DNA of 63,616 bases, the filler included, from Chiloscyllium plagiosum (lineage: Eukaryota): the NCBI RefSeq assembly GCF_004010195.1. It is 5 parts of one record of this genome, joined end to end, with 100 filler letters (N's around TTAATTAATTAA, not from the genome) between each part and the next. Parts side by side here need not be neighbours in the genome. Positions count along the whole stretch, not along the records: positions 1 to 29,172 come from NC_057714.1; 4 more parts are not named here. One strand, given 5' to 3'. The translations under genes were made by a program, and so were the position numbers. Positions within the stretch are counted from its first letter, which is position 1, and every line of letters starts with the position of its first letter. Under the pieces are notes generated by a model. That model did no database searches. It saw only the letters and a program-made list of their open reading frames with translations, and was not told where the DNA came from. Below are positions 12,078 through 24,699 of this stretch, piece by piece.

Positions 12078-12681
12078 GTAAGTCTGATCTTCCAGAACTC
12101 TGCAGACAGATTGAACATTCTATGCACACTGTAAACGGGGTTAATGCACTGTCTGACTGCATCTGGAGTTGGGACTGTGGACACTCGAATCTCCATCTGT
12201 CTTTATGTGAAGTGTACTCTCCAGCTGAGTGTGCTTTGAGCCAAGGGGAGTCAGGACTTCAAAAAGATAGAGCTGAAGTTTACAGATTCTTGGAACTGAG
12301 GGGGTCAGCAAACCAGATGCTTTTGGAAGAGGGACTCAGAGCAGTGTGTGCTCAGTTGTTGCTCTATTTTGAATTACCAGCCCAACCTGAACTACGTCTG
12401 ACCTCCATCCCCTGTCAGAACCAGGGCTGAAAGCTGCACTTTTTGTGAAGGTGATCTGAGGTGAATAAGTCCCCATTTCTCCCCTGAACCGCCTCGCCTC
12501 TCGATTCCAACATCGAGGGTTATAAATCCCTGTGGCAGAGGCGTGCGTTTCTCTCGGTCCACTCTGAATCCCACTAACGTTAGAAACACTTCCACCTCGT
12601 CTGTACCCGACCAGACAGGTTTAGGAAGGCTGCTCTCCATGTCGAGTGATCAGCTTATAGGGGCTTTTGGTGCGTCGTAGG

Positions 12682-13350
12682 GTCTCCCTGCTATCGGAAA
12701 GATGCTGTGAAAATTGAAAGGGTTCAGAAAAGATTTACAAGATGTTGCCAGGGTTGAAGGATCTGAGCTACAGGGAGAGGCTGAACAGGCTGGGGCTGTT
12801 TTCCCTGGAGCGTCGGAGGCTGAGGGGTGACCTTATAGAGGTTTATAAAATCATGAGGGGCATGGATAGGATAAATAGACAAAGTCTTTTCCCTGGGGTC
12901 AGGGAGTCCAGAACTAGAGGACATGTTTGGGAGAGGAAATTTTTTTTTTATTTCAAAAATATACTTTATTCATAAAATACTTTGATGATCTGTACAACTG
13001 GACATGCCATACATATGTAAACATTCTGTTTGTTTGCATACCGAAAACACAGTAATCATTCCTATTTACAGGTCTGTACAATTACATTTTTAGCTGAGGC
13101 ATCGGGGAAATATATAAAAGGGACTAGAGGGGTAACTTATTCACACAGAGGATGGAATGAGCTGCCAGAGGAAGTGTTGGAGGCTGGTACACATTTCAAA
13201 GACGTTTGGACAGGTCCATGACTGGGAAGGGTTTGGAGGGATATGAGCCAATTGCTGGCAAATGGGACGAGTTCAGGTTAGGAAGCCTGGTCAGCATGGA
13301 TGTGTTGGACCAAAGGGTCTGTTTCTGTGCTGCATGGCTCAGTGACTGTG
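12682..13350 (+). mobile_element. CR1 3' fragment interrupted by a LINE tail
   Basis: MLPGLKDLSYRERLNRLGLFSLERRRLRGDLIEVYKIM. Confidence 0.85.
12939..13103 (-). mobile_element. L1/Tx1-like 3' end with AATAAA and poly(A)
   Basis: Minus strand ends GAATAAAGTATATTTTTGAAATAAAAAAAAAA and is inserted in a CR1. Confidence 0.55.
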
Positions 13351-13779
13351 GTCCGAGTCTCTCCCACACAGGGCGACAATCTCTCTGCACCCGCCCTGTC
13401 ACAGTCTTGTCTGCTTGAGCAATGTCACCACTGGCCTGACCTACTCAACCTCTTGTCCTAACCCCCTGCCCAGCATCAACTGAGTGAACCCGGCTCTATT
13501 GCGTATATGGTCTCTGACACCTAGACTCTCTGAGTGAACTGCAAACCACCAGTCTGTTGTTTTTAAATTGATTCTGCACTTGTATCTTGCAGTCCTCCAC
13601 GTTTCCATTCCGTCTCCATGCCTCGCCAATACTCCGATTTATCAGTCGTGGGTCCAGAATAGATGGCCATATTGAAACCCACCTGATACAATTTGCCCAC
13701 TCAGTCAATCTGTCAAGGTCTCTGCCTGAGGTTCTGCTCTCATCTCACAATGTACTGTCCCTTTTAGAACCAGAGAGGT

Positions 13780-14235
13780 GATAGAGCACAGAAGGGGATC
13801 GTTCTGCCCGTCTGGTCCATGCCGATCCAAAGATACCCAGCCTCCCCTTTTTAACCCCATCTTGCTGCATACATCCCTGTAGTCCTGCAGCTTACAGTCC
13901 TTAAAGTGCAGCTGCAATACTTTGCTAAAAGAGTTTAGGCTTTCTGCCTCCACCCCCAACTCAGGCAGCGAATTCCAGACCCCCACCACGTTCTCTGCAC
14001 ATCCCCTCTAATCCCTCTGCCACTGAGCTCGAAGCCATGACCCCTGGGTTATAAAGTCTCTGCCAAGAGAAACGGCTTCCTCCTGTCTACTCTATCTGTA
14101 CCCCTCACAATTTTGTATACCTCAATCATATCTCCTCCTCCCCCCCACCTCAGCCAAGCCTGTTGCAAGGAAAACAACCCCAGCCTCTCCATCCCCTCCT
14201 TGTGGCTACAATTCCCCAGCCCTGGCAACATCCTA
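13780..14235 (-). mobile_element. Older CR1 3' fragment
   Basis: MLPGLGN...LGLFSLQ...DMIEVYKIVRG...VGVWNSLPE. Confidence 0.75.
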
Positions 14236-14727
14236 AATACTCGCATCAGCGTCTTTGGAGAAAGCAGCTCTCTCCACATTTGTCCAAGCCATTAGTAAAT
14301 GTTTTGGAGTTTCGGGACCCCTAGTTCAGATCCCCAGGGAGTGACACATACCACATGCGGTCAATCCAAGACTCCCTCTCTGTCACAATCAACAATTCCT
14401 CGTGTTCGTCCCTGGGCTATCTCTAATTCTATGCTCATTCATTTTTTTTTCCAACAATCTTTTCTGGGGAGCCTTACATCTGTGGTTCTAATGGATAAGC
14501 AACACCTTTCCCTCTTTCATCAATACCCTCATCCAAAAATTCAGCTGAGTTACTCAAGCTGCTGTTATCTCAAGCGTAGCGGAGCTAATTCTCTCTGTTC
14601 AGCTTGGATTAGGTGAGTTGCTCAGCAAACATATCCAAAATGTTCTGTTAGTTTCATCATATAACAACAAGCCATAAACTACTGTCTTAAAAGTGCTGGA
14701 TAAACTCAGTGTTGGAATACCGTCAAT

Positions 14728-15262
14728 AGTGTGGTGCTGGAAAAGCACAGCAGGTCAGGCAGCATCCGAGGAGCAGGAGAATCGACGTTTCGTGCAAATG
14801 CCCTTCATCAGGAAGCCCCTCTAGTTGGAATGCTGTATCCAGTTCTGGTCACCATGCTATAGGAAGGTTACTATTAAATTGCAACGAGTGCAGAAAAGAT
14901 TTAGCAGGCTGTTACCGGGACTGGAGGATGAGGGGCAGAAATAAGGTGAATAATAAATGTCTTTTTCCCAGCGTTCAAAACTAGAGGGCATTATTTTAAG
15001 GTGAGAGGAGAAAGAATTAAAAGGACCCCAAAAGGCAACTTTTTCACATAGAGGGGGGTTTGTATATGAAATGAACTGCCTGAGGGAGTAGTAGATGCAG
15101 GTACAGTTACAGCATTGAAAATACATTCTGACAGGTACGTGAATAGGAAAGGTTTAGAGGGATACAGGCGAAGCATAGGCAGGTGGGACCAGTTTAGTTT
15201 GGGGAACTCGGTCAGCATGGACTGGCTGGACTGAGGAGTCTGCTTCTGTGCTGTATGACTCA
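14728..15262. mobile_element. PLE terminal fragment (hammerhead-like core 14784-14811, -) followed by a CR1 3' fragment (+)
   Basis: GACGTTTCGTGCAAATGCCCTTCATCAG; then CR1 QFWSP...NELPE-type sequence. Confidence 0.7.
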
Positions 15263-15495
15263 CTGCGGTCTGGCATCATCTGCACAGAGTTCCCTGAAAC
15301 CTGCAATCTTGTGCAGCTATGAACAAAATGATAAATCATAATCTTGTAGTGGTTTGGAGAGACTGTCCAAAACGCTTGTTATAAAGCACTGCAATTTACT
15401 GGAAAGTTCAATCAGCGTTAGATTTAATCCTTAGGAACTGACGTATTCTCTTGTGCAAATCCAAAGTGCAGGTTTCACAGAGTTTGCTTATATCT

Positions 15496-15712
15496 GGGCG
15501 GCCCGGTGGCACAGTGGTTAGCACTGCTGCCTCACATCCCACAGTCCAAAGATGTGCAGGTGAGGTGAATTGGCCATGCTAAATTGCCCATAGTGTTAGG
15601 TGAAGGGGTAAATGTAGGGGAATGGGTCTGGGTAGGTTGCGCTTCGGCGGGTCGGTGTGGACTTGTTGGGCCGAAGGGCCTGTTTCCATGCTGTAAGTAA
15701 TCTAATCTAATC
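15496..15712 (+). mobile_element. HE1-type SINE (internally deleted)
   Basis: GGGCGGC...GTGGCACAGTGGTTAGCACTGCTGCCTCAC head; tail GGGCCGAAGGGCCTGTTTCC...(TAATC)n. Confidence 0.85.
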
Positions 15713-15717
15713 TGCAG

Positions 15718-16621
15718 GATTACGACTGTTCCAGGGGAGGTTGGTACATTCCCTTCGCTACTTTTCATGCTTGGTTTAATCAGTCAGGCGTTTGAAAGCG
15801 GGGGGGGTGTCTCCCCCCACCCCCCGAGAACTCAAACTGAAAGATCCAAAGAGGAGCACCTCGTCCTATAACCTGGATAAGGAGTGTGCAAAGTGTTGTG
15901 ACCTGCTTTTCAGCAACTTCTAGTGGTTAGATAAATGACACTCACTTTAAAATCAACAAGTAACAATGTATTTATCTAACTCTAACAGTAAACCAATTGA
16001 CAAAACTAATAACACACCGAATAAATCCCTTCTAACTTGTGACTATCCACGAATAAAGCAAGATTCTAATCATCTGCTGTTTCAATAAATACAAATCCCA
16101 TTCATATGTAGAGAAAATAACGTTTACTGTCTCAAAATTAAAGCCAGGTTACGTGTCTTCCAGAATGTTCTGTGGCTTCTCCGTCGATTCTTCTGTCAGG
16201 AATGTCTTTGCCATCGATGGTACTGTTGCTATTTGAATGGTGCTTTCTCTAACAATTAGAGGAGATTGTGAGAGCCAGTGATTGTGAGGGCTGTTAGCTC
16301 TGGCAGACGGCAGCTAGCTCTGGGGTCTTTGTCTGCCTGCCCCCTTCTTTTATATTCTTGATGACATATCAATATTTCATATAATATGTTGCCAAAACCA
16401 CCAGATTTAAATTTAATAGGTTTTTGGTATCTAAGTACCAGGTTCATATTGACTGGCTAAATTCAAAAGCCTGTTGTTAAACAAAAAACTGCTGCTGTTG
16501 ATATAAATGTTTCAGTTCGGGCACTCTGTGTACTTGCAAACTTCTAAGCTGCTGCTCAGAAACATCCATTTTAAATCTCTAAATGCAGAAAAAGCACACA
16601 ATCTTTTAAAGGGACCATACA
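15718..16621. mobile_element. Probable solo LTR
   Basis: About 900-bp non-coding block ending in CATACA, LTR-like; not confirmed. Confidence 0.3.
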
Positions 16622-16744
16622 ATGCTCCACCACCACTACCACCCCCCACCCATTCCCAACACTCTACAATATTACAGTTTTACAACCACCAAATTCTAAC
16701 TTCCTGCCTCCCAATCTACAATTGCCGTAACCAACTTCGTGACT

Positions 16745-17365
16745 CAGGGCATAGAGTATAAAAATTGGCAAGTCATGTTGCAACCGTGTAGAATTGTATT
16801 GAGGCCACAGTTGGAATATGGTGTATAGTTCTAGTTGCCATCCTACCAGAGGGATGCAGAGGCTTTGGAGAGGGAACTGAAATGATTTAGCAGGATGTTG
16901 CCTGGTTTGGAAGGTATTAGCCATGAGGAGAGATTGGACGTACTTGGTTTGCTTTCACTTGAACATCAGAGGATGAGGGGGTGACCTGATCGAAGTGTAC
17001 AAAATAATGAGACGCACGGATAGAATGGATAGTCGGAGTTTTTTTCCCAGAATAGGAATGTCATTAACTAGAGGATATGGGTTTAAGATAAAAAGGGGTA
17101 AGTTTAAAGGAGATAAGTTTTTTTTACACAGAGTGCCTGGAATGCTCTGCAAGAGGTGGTAGTGTACGCAGATAATAGCAACTCTTGAATAGGAATGTCA
17201 TTAACTAGAGGATATGGGTTTAAGATAAAAAGGGGTAAGTTTAAAGGAGATAAGTTTTTTTTACACAGAGGGTGGTCAGTGCCTGGAATGCTCTGCAAGA
17301 GGTGGTAGTGTACGCAGATAATAGCAACTCTTAAGAACCACCTTGACAGATACATGAATAGAGGG
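16745..17365 (+). mobile_element. CR1 3' fragment with an internal tandem duplication
   Basis: AGAGGATGAGGGGGTGACCTGATCGAAGTGTACAAAAT; block GAATAGGAATGTCATT...GCAACTCTT at about 17050 and about 17187. Confidence 0.8.
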
Positions 17366-18024
17366 TTACGGATTGCCTCATGATTTCTGTGCCTTGCATC
17401 TTGTCTGAATGTAATGTGGAGGTTGTCTGGAAACCAAAGCACCCAGAGTAAACCCCATAGGGACAACGTGCAAACACCACACAGACAGTCGTCAGAGGCT
17501 GGAATGGAACCTAGGTCCCTGGCGCTGTGTGGCAGCAGTGCTAACCACTGAGCCACTGCATCACCCCATGAAAAAGTGTAAAGCTACAAATGTTTGATTT
17601 GCATGGAGACAGCTCAAACATGGTGGTTAGAAATTGCAGACATTTCCTTCCAAAGTGACTTACCAGTCAACATTTTTTCATCCATTTATTAATTGCATTT
17701 ATTTATTTAAAAGGCAGAATTAACTTGCATTTACCCAGGGACTGCTGTTAACCGTAACTTCCACTCTTCAACTCTCATTAACTTTATTTTGACGGACTGG
17801 AATGTAGTTACCGTTGTACAGGCAGAAGCAGCACCTATGCACAGCAAGATCCCACAAACCGCGCGGAGGTAACTATCAGTATCACAAAGGGCGCCAGCAT
17901 AACGTCATACATAAAAGTGAGAGACTGCGGATGCTGGAAATCTGAAACAAAAGCATTGAAAAAGCTGGAGAAATTCAGCAGGTCTGATGAAGATAGAAAC
18001 AGAGTTAATGTTCTGAATCCGGTG

Positions 18025-18157
18025 TGAGGAGAAAGTGAGGTCTGCAGATGCTGGAGATCAAAGTTGAAACTTTATTGCTGGGACAGCACAGCAGGTCAGG
18101 CAGCATCCAGGGAACAGGAGATTCGACGTTTCGGGCACAGGCCCTTCTTCAGGAATG
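18025..18157 (-). mobile_element. PLE terminal fragment with intact hammerhead core (18121-18156)
   Basis: Minus strand ATTC-CTGAAGA-AGGGC-CTGT-GCCC-GAAACGTC-GAAT. Confidence 0.75.
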
Positions 18158-18374
18158 TGACCCTTATTCAAAGGAGACTCATACAGGACATTATCTCTGT
18201 CTTTCTCTCTCTCCACTGTTACTCTGGGATAATATACCTTCTATATTTGAATCTTTTAAATTTCCCTGCGAGGGATAATTTTGATCTCAGCACTGCACCA
18301 GAGCATCAGCAATGATATTTCTTGCTGCTTCTATGAAATAAAAATGTGCGAGCCCTGGCAAATTTTATTCAGAC

Positions 18375-19137
18375 CATAGAATCCCGACAGTACGGGAACA
18401 GGTTGTCAGCCTACACTAACCCTCAGACCCACACTCCCTACCCTACTGCTGTAGCCCTAAATTTCCCATGGCTAATCCACCAAGCCTGCACATTCCAAGA
18501 CACTACGGGATATTTTGCCCATGACCAATTCACCTGACCTGCTCATCTTTGTACTGAGGGAGGAAACCGGAGCACCCGGAGGAAACCCACGCAGACACGG
18601 GGAGAATGTGCAAACTCCACACAGTCACCCGAGGCTGGAATCGAACCTGGGTCCCTGGTGCTGTGAGGTTGCAGTGCTAACCACTCAGGCTCTTCCTGTT
18701 CTGGGCATTCTATGCAATTAGAGTCACAGACCCATTTCCCTTTAATCTGGGATCAGACTGGGCACAGACCCAAGAACCTTCTACACAATGAATCATTGAA
18801 TAGAATCCCTAGTGTGGAAACAGGCCCTTCGGCCCAACAAGCCCATACCGACCCTTTGACGTGTAACCCACCCAGACCCGTTCCCCTACCCTATTACTGT
18901 ACATTTACCCCTGACTAACCTACACATGCATCTAACCTACACATCCCTGAACTCTATGAGCAATTTGACATGGCCCATCCACTCTAACCTGCACATCATT
19001 GGACAGTGGGAGGAAACCCACACAGGCACTGGGAGAATGTGCAAACTCCACACAGACAGCCACCCAAGGCTGGGATTCAACCCTGGTCACTGGCGCTGTG
19101 AGGCAGCAGTGCTAACCACTGAGCCACCATGTCGCCC
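18375..19137 (-). mobile_element. Two HE1-type SINE copies (about 18375-18690 and about 18800-19137)
   Basis: GGAGGAAACCGGAGCACCCGGAGGAAACCCAC...GCAGTGCTAACCACT signature. Confidence 0.8.
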
Positions 19138-19499
19138 AGTAAGGTTGATGCCTTTTCATATAAGCTTACTGATTAATTCTAACAGACATTTCTGTTTGTT
19201 TTGTATCTTCTTCACATGCACACTTTCCTCGCTCTTTGGGAAATAGCAAGGATGAGCTGGCCGATTGTCAACTTATTTAAACTTCCATAGTCCGAAAACC
19301 TGAGAGTGGGACTTCAACCCAAAGGTGCTGGCTGAGAGATGGAGGGTGGGGTGGGGGGGAGGTTCTATACACTCAGTCAGACTGCAATCTGCAACCTGAT
19401 TAATGTCCGGGGGATAGAATCCAAGTTGCTTGCTGCACATGATGACTATTCACTGAAAAATATAATTAGGATCTGCTTTCTGCAGTTACAAACCAGTGA

Positions 19500-19820
19500 G
19501 TACCATCCACAAGACGCACTGCAGAAATTCGCCAAAGATCCTTCCAAACCCATGACCATTTCCAACTAGAAGGACAAGGGCAGCAGATATGTGGGAGCAC
19601 CACCCCCTGGAAGATCCCTCCAAGACATTCACCATCCTGATTTGGAAATGTATTGGCGTTCCTTCAGTGTTGCTGGGTCAAAATCCTGGAAGTCCCTCCC
19701 TAAGGGCATTGTGGGTCACCTACATGCAGCAGTTCAAGAAGTCAGCTCACCCTCCCCACCTACTCAAGAGCCCAAAGGGTTGGACAATAAATCCTGGGAC
19801 CAGCCGGCAACATCCACATA
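19500..19820 (+). mobile_element. L2/CR1-group LINE 3' end
   Basis: CACCATCCTGATTTGGAAAT...CAAAATCCTGGAA...ACAATAAAT tail shared with copies near 47060-47745, 53130-53310 and 57130-57475. Confidence 0.6.
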
Positions 19821-20912
19821 GAGTCATCCAGCACAGAGACAGACCCTTTCGTTGAACCAGTCCATGCCAACCATAATCCCAAACTGAACTAGTTTGCCTG
19901 TTCCTGGCCCATATCCCTCCAACCCCTTCCTATTCATAAACCTATCCAAGTGTCTTTTAAACATTATAACTATACCTGCATCCACCACTTCCTCAGCAGA
20001 TTCAGTCCACACATGTGAACCACTCCCTGTGTGAAAGAAGTTGCTCCTCTTGTATCCTTTTTAAATCTCTCTCCTCTCACCTTAAGAAAGTGCCCCGCCA
20101 GTCTTGAAATCCCATGCGCCACAAATAGATTGAAGAGAACCATAAAACAGTGCGACTATTGCATTCCCCAGCACAGGAAGCAGGCCATTCTGCCAGCAGA
20201 GTCTGTGCTGGGTTTTCGAAAGACTCCCCATTTGCTCCCAATCCGCCGCCCTTTATCAAAGATTGACCCACTGCCCTTTCCAAAGATGTGGTCAACTCTG
20301 CCTCCCCGTGCCTCCATTATTTCCAATAGATCAAGTAGTAAGCTGCTTTGCATGAAAGTATTGCTCCCGCGTGTCCTCACGGTAACTTGGAGAATGTCCA
20401 TATGATTACAGTGGCTTCATGCCAACAGTCCTGCTCAAAATCACCCTCATTAAAACTCTCCATAACCAGATATCCTTCAGCAAAACTAAATAGTGACTCA
20501 TTTTCGAGGGAGACAAGAGGAAAGGGGTTCAAAATGAGACAGTGCCGTTTTTACAACAGGGGCATGGTCAGCCACAGCTGTTTGCAAGAGAAATGTTTGC
20601 AAGTGACAACCAAGTTGAGAAAACTCCTCAGGATTTATAAATAGAGTAGCAGCGTATTGAGACAAGGAAGTTCTGCTCAAGATTTACAACCTGGTTAATC
20701 TTCAACTGGAATGCTATGTCTCTTTCTGGACCCCACCCTTTAGGAAGTTGTCAAGGGCCTGGAGAACTGCCAGAGCTGAAGGACTCCAGTGACACTGAAT
20801 GACTGAAGCACTTCAAGTTGCGGTTCTTTCGACCAGATAATTAGTGAAAGAGAGGGCTCAGGAAGGGATTACTTGAATAAGGAGGATCTCGAAATTAGTC
20901 ATTTCTGGAGTT

Positions 20913-21690
20913 TTAGATTAGATTCGATTAGGTTCCCTACAGTGTGGGAACAGGCCCTTCGGCCCAACAAGTCCACACCGGCCCTCCGAAGAGTTACCCA
21001 CCCAGACCCATTTCCCTCTGACTAATGCACCTAACACTGTGAGCAATTTAGCATGGCCAATTCACCTAACCTGCATGTCTTTGGACTGTGGGAGGAAACC
21101 GGAGCACCCGGAGGAAACCCGCACAGACACGGGGAGAATGTGCAAACTCCACGCTGACAATCGCCTAATGGTGGAAACGAACGTGGTCCCTGGCGCTGTG
21201 AGGCAGCAGTGCTAACCACTGAGCTTCTTTTTAAAAAGCCATTTAGTACAGAACTGCTGATAAAGACACTTTTTGTTTGAAACCTTTTTGCCTTGCACTG
21301 ATCGGGACTATTCATAAGAATACCAATTTAAAGTGAAAGGTTATAACATATGACAACAGGGTGATGATGGGTTAGAATCATAGAGACCTCTACAGTGTGG
21401 AAGCAAGCTATTCAGCCCATCAAGTCCACAACACCTACCCTCTGAAGAGGATCTCATCCAGACTCACCCCCGCCCCCGCACTCGATCCCTGTAACCCTGC
21501 ACCCTCCCATGGCTAATTCACCTCACCTACACATCCCTGAACACTATGGCCAGTTAGGCACGGCCAATTCACCCTAACCTGCACATCTTTGGACTGTGGG
21601 AGGAAACCGGAGCACCCGGAGGAAACCCACGCAGACACGGGGAGAATGTCCAAACTCCAAACAGACAGTCACCCGAGGCGAGAATCAAAC
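20913..21690 (-). mobile_element. Two HE1-type SINEs (about 20913-21223 and about 21375-21690)
   Basis: HE1 body and tail signatures on the minus strand. Confidence 0.85.
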
Positions 21691-21699
21691 CTGATTCAT

Positions 21700-22170
21700 G
21701 TGATGGGGCGGTAATTGGCTGGGTTGAATTGTTCTGCTTTCTGTGTACAGAACATATCTGGGTGATGTTCCACACTGTGGGGTAGGTGCCAGTGTTGTAA
21801 CTGTACTGGAACAGCTTGGTTAGGGGAGCGGCAAGTTCCGGATCACAAGTCTTCAGTACCATTGCTGGAATATTGTCAGGGCCCATAGCCTTTGCAGTAT
21901 CTAATGTCTCCAACCGTTCCTTGATATCTCGTGGGGTGAATCAAATTGGCTGAAGACTGGGATCTGTGATGCTGGGGACCACTGGAGGAGACCGAGATGG
22001 ACCATCCCCTCAGCACTTCTGGCTGAAGATTGCTGGGAGAGCTTCAGCCTTAACATTTGACTGAAGTTGTAAGGCTCTCCTATCGCTAAGGATGGGGACT
22101 TTTGCGGAGCCTCCTCCTCGAGTGAACTGTTTAATTCTGCACCAGCATTCACAGTGTTTGGTTGTGGAAT
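21700..22170 (-). mobile_element. LINE (L2/CR1 group) ORF2 fragment just before the RT
   Basis: LDTAKAMGPDNIPAMVLKTCDPELAAPLTKLFQYSYNTGTYPTVW. Confidence 0.8.
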
Positions 22171-22185
22171 CACGTTGCTTTGGCC

Positions 22186-23030
22186 TCAGATTACAACGGG
22201 ATCTTGATCAGATGGGCAACGGGCTGAGAAGTGGCAGATGGAGTTTAATTTCGATAAATGTGAGGTGCTGCGTTTTGGAAAAGCAAATTAAGGTAGGACT
22301 TATACACTTAATGATAAGGTCCTCTGAAGTGTTGCTGAACAAAGAGATCTTGGAGTGCAGGTTCATTGCTCCTTGACAGTGGAGTTGCAGGCCGATAGGA
22401 TAGTGAAGAAGGTGTTTGTTATGCTTTCCTTTATTGGCCAGAGTATCGAGTACAGGAGTTGGGAGGTCACATTGTGGCTGTACAGGATGTTGGTTAGGCC
22501 ACTTTTGGAATATTGCATACAATTCTGGTCTCCCTGCAAAAGAAATGATGTTGTGAAATGTAAAAGGATTCAGAAAAGATTTACAAGGATGTTGTCAGGG
22601 TTGGAGGGTTTGAGTGATAGGGAGAAGTTGAATAGGGTGGGGCTGTTTTCCCTGGAGCGTCAGAGGCTGAGGTTTGTAACATCATGAGGGGCATGAATAG
22701 GGTAAATAGACCAAGTCTTTTTCCTGGGGTGGGCGAGTCCAGAACAAGAGGGCATAGATTTAGGGTGAGGGGAAAGATTTCAAGAGACAACTTTTTCACG
22801 CAGAGGGTGGTACATGTATGGAATGAGCTGCCAGAGGAAGTGGTGGAGGCTGGTACAATTACAACATTTAAAAGGCATCTGGATGAGTATATGAATCGGA
22901 AGGGTTTGGAAGGGTATGGGCCAAGTGCTAGCAAATGGGACTAGATTAATTTAGGATATCTGATCGGCACAGGCGAGTTGAATCAAAGGGTCTGTTTCCG
23001 TGCTGTACATCTCTATGACTCTATGACCTA
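22186..23030 (+). mobile_element. CR1 ORF2 3' part with tail
   Basis: LYRMLVRPLLEYCIQFWSP...[33 protein letters not shown] tail. Confidence 0.9.
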
Positions 23031-24095
23031 TGCTTATTCTGTCTTGCCTGTAAGTCATTCTGTATGTAAGTGCATGGAAAGAACTAGAAACTGAAAGACA
23101 AATGCTGGAGAAACACAGCAGGTCTGGCAGCATCTGTGGAGAGAGAAACAGAGTTAACATTGGTACTTCAGAACATGACTCGAAACGTTAACTCTAGTTC
23201 TCTCTACAGATGTTGCCAAATTTGCTGAATTTCTCCCGCACCTTTTGGATTCAAGGTGTTTCAGAAAGGAGGGAGAGTTAAATTACAAAGCACGGTGGAT
23301 CAGTGGTTAGCACTGCTGCCTCACAGCGCCAGGTTTTCATTCCACCACTGGGTGACTGTCTGTGGGGATTTTGCCCATTCTCCCCGTGTCTGTGTGGGTT
23401 TCCTCCCACAGTCCAACAAAATGCAGGTTGATTGTTCATGGCAAATGGGGACAGAATGGGCCTGGATAGGATGCTCTTTGGAGGGTTAGTGTGGACTTGG
23501 TGGGCCAAAGAGTCTCCTCCTATCGAGATTTCATTGATTCAGGAGAGCACTGTAGTAACAGAGAAAGCATCCACTGGGGTTAAGGATAGAATTAATTCGG
23601 CCAGATTAAAGAAAGGATGCACATCGCTTTGTGTAAACTTAATGCCAACAACTAACGAGAAGCTCGGAGAGGAGCACATTTGGAAGGGAAATGCAGAGCG
23701 GTCTAAAATTTGTAAGGTGTTTTAAATGGGAAATTCCAACTATCTAAGTATAGACTGGGCTAGTAGTCATGTGAAGGGCAGAGTGTATTCAGGAAACATT
23801 TCTGCATCAGTATATTTCTCGAGTCAAGAGGTGTGGCGCTGGAGAAGCACAGTAGGTCAGACAGTCACCCGAGGCTGGAATCGAACCTGGGATCCTGGTG
23901 CTGTGAGTGTGTAATGTTAGACAATGTGATAAAAAGGCCTGGTGTGTGGGGTAGCTTTAACATCCCACTGTGTTCCCTGTCCAATGTCTCTGTCTCAGGC
24001 TTGCTGCAGTGCTCCAGTGAAGATCAGCACAAGCTGGAAGAACAGCATCTCAATTTCCCCTCGGGGACCCTGCAGCCTTCGGAACCCAATATCGA

Positions 24096-24424
24096 TGTGG
24101 AGCATATTAAAACTTGTGAGATTAAGCTACAGTATAACAGGGGTTAGATTTGCAAATGCTAATGCTAGTGCAAGATATTGACTTGCAAGTGCGGTTAACA
24201 TTGGCTTGATGCAGAAAGGAACATACAGGTTTGTTGCCTGGATGTTGTGGTTAGGATGTGGTGAACAACTAACTCATAAATAAGCTTAAAAAAAAATCCA
24301 AAACAGGAAAACTATTGTTGTGCAGGACTCAACATGTAACTGTCTGGTCAACATCTGAAAAGAAATGAAACCGATTATTTGAAAACCCTCGCGGACTTGT
24401 TCATTCCTTTTTAAGAACCTGACA
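24096..24424 (+). repeat. 5' LTR
   Basis: Begins TG, ends ...GACA three bases before the PBS. Confidence 0.65.
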
Positions 24425-24427
24425 ACT

Positions 24428-24445
24428 TGGCGTAGTCGGCAGGAT
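24428..24445 (+). promoter_or_regulatory. Primer-binding site complementary to the tRNA-Ser 3' end
   Basis: TGGCGTAGTCGGCAGGAT is the reverse complement of ATCCTGCCGACTACGCCA (vertebrate tRNA-Ser plus CCA, recalled). Confidence 0.85.
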
Positions 24446-24699
24446 CGCAACGATGAATGTTGGGACACTGAAGACTCCCTACACCCTATCGGAGAGGTAA
24501 GGACTCCTCGATTCTAAAAGTTCTCGGGCGATAGTGAAAGCTCAGGCCTACATCATCTACCATCATTCGTATTCTGTCCACGATCTCCGACTTGAGCCCA
24601 TATTATGTACAGACGTCTATAACTGGCAGAGAAAGAGTGTGAACCCCTGGCCTATGGCTCATCAAGTCTCATCAGCTCCAAGTCCATATAAATAACCAG

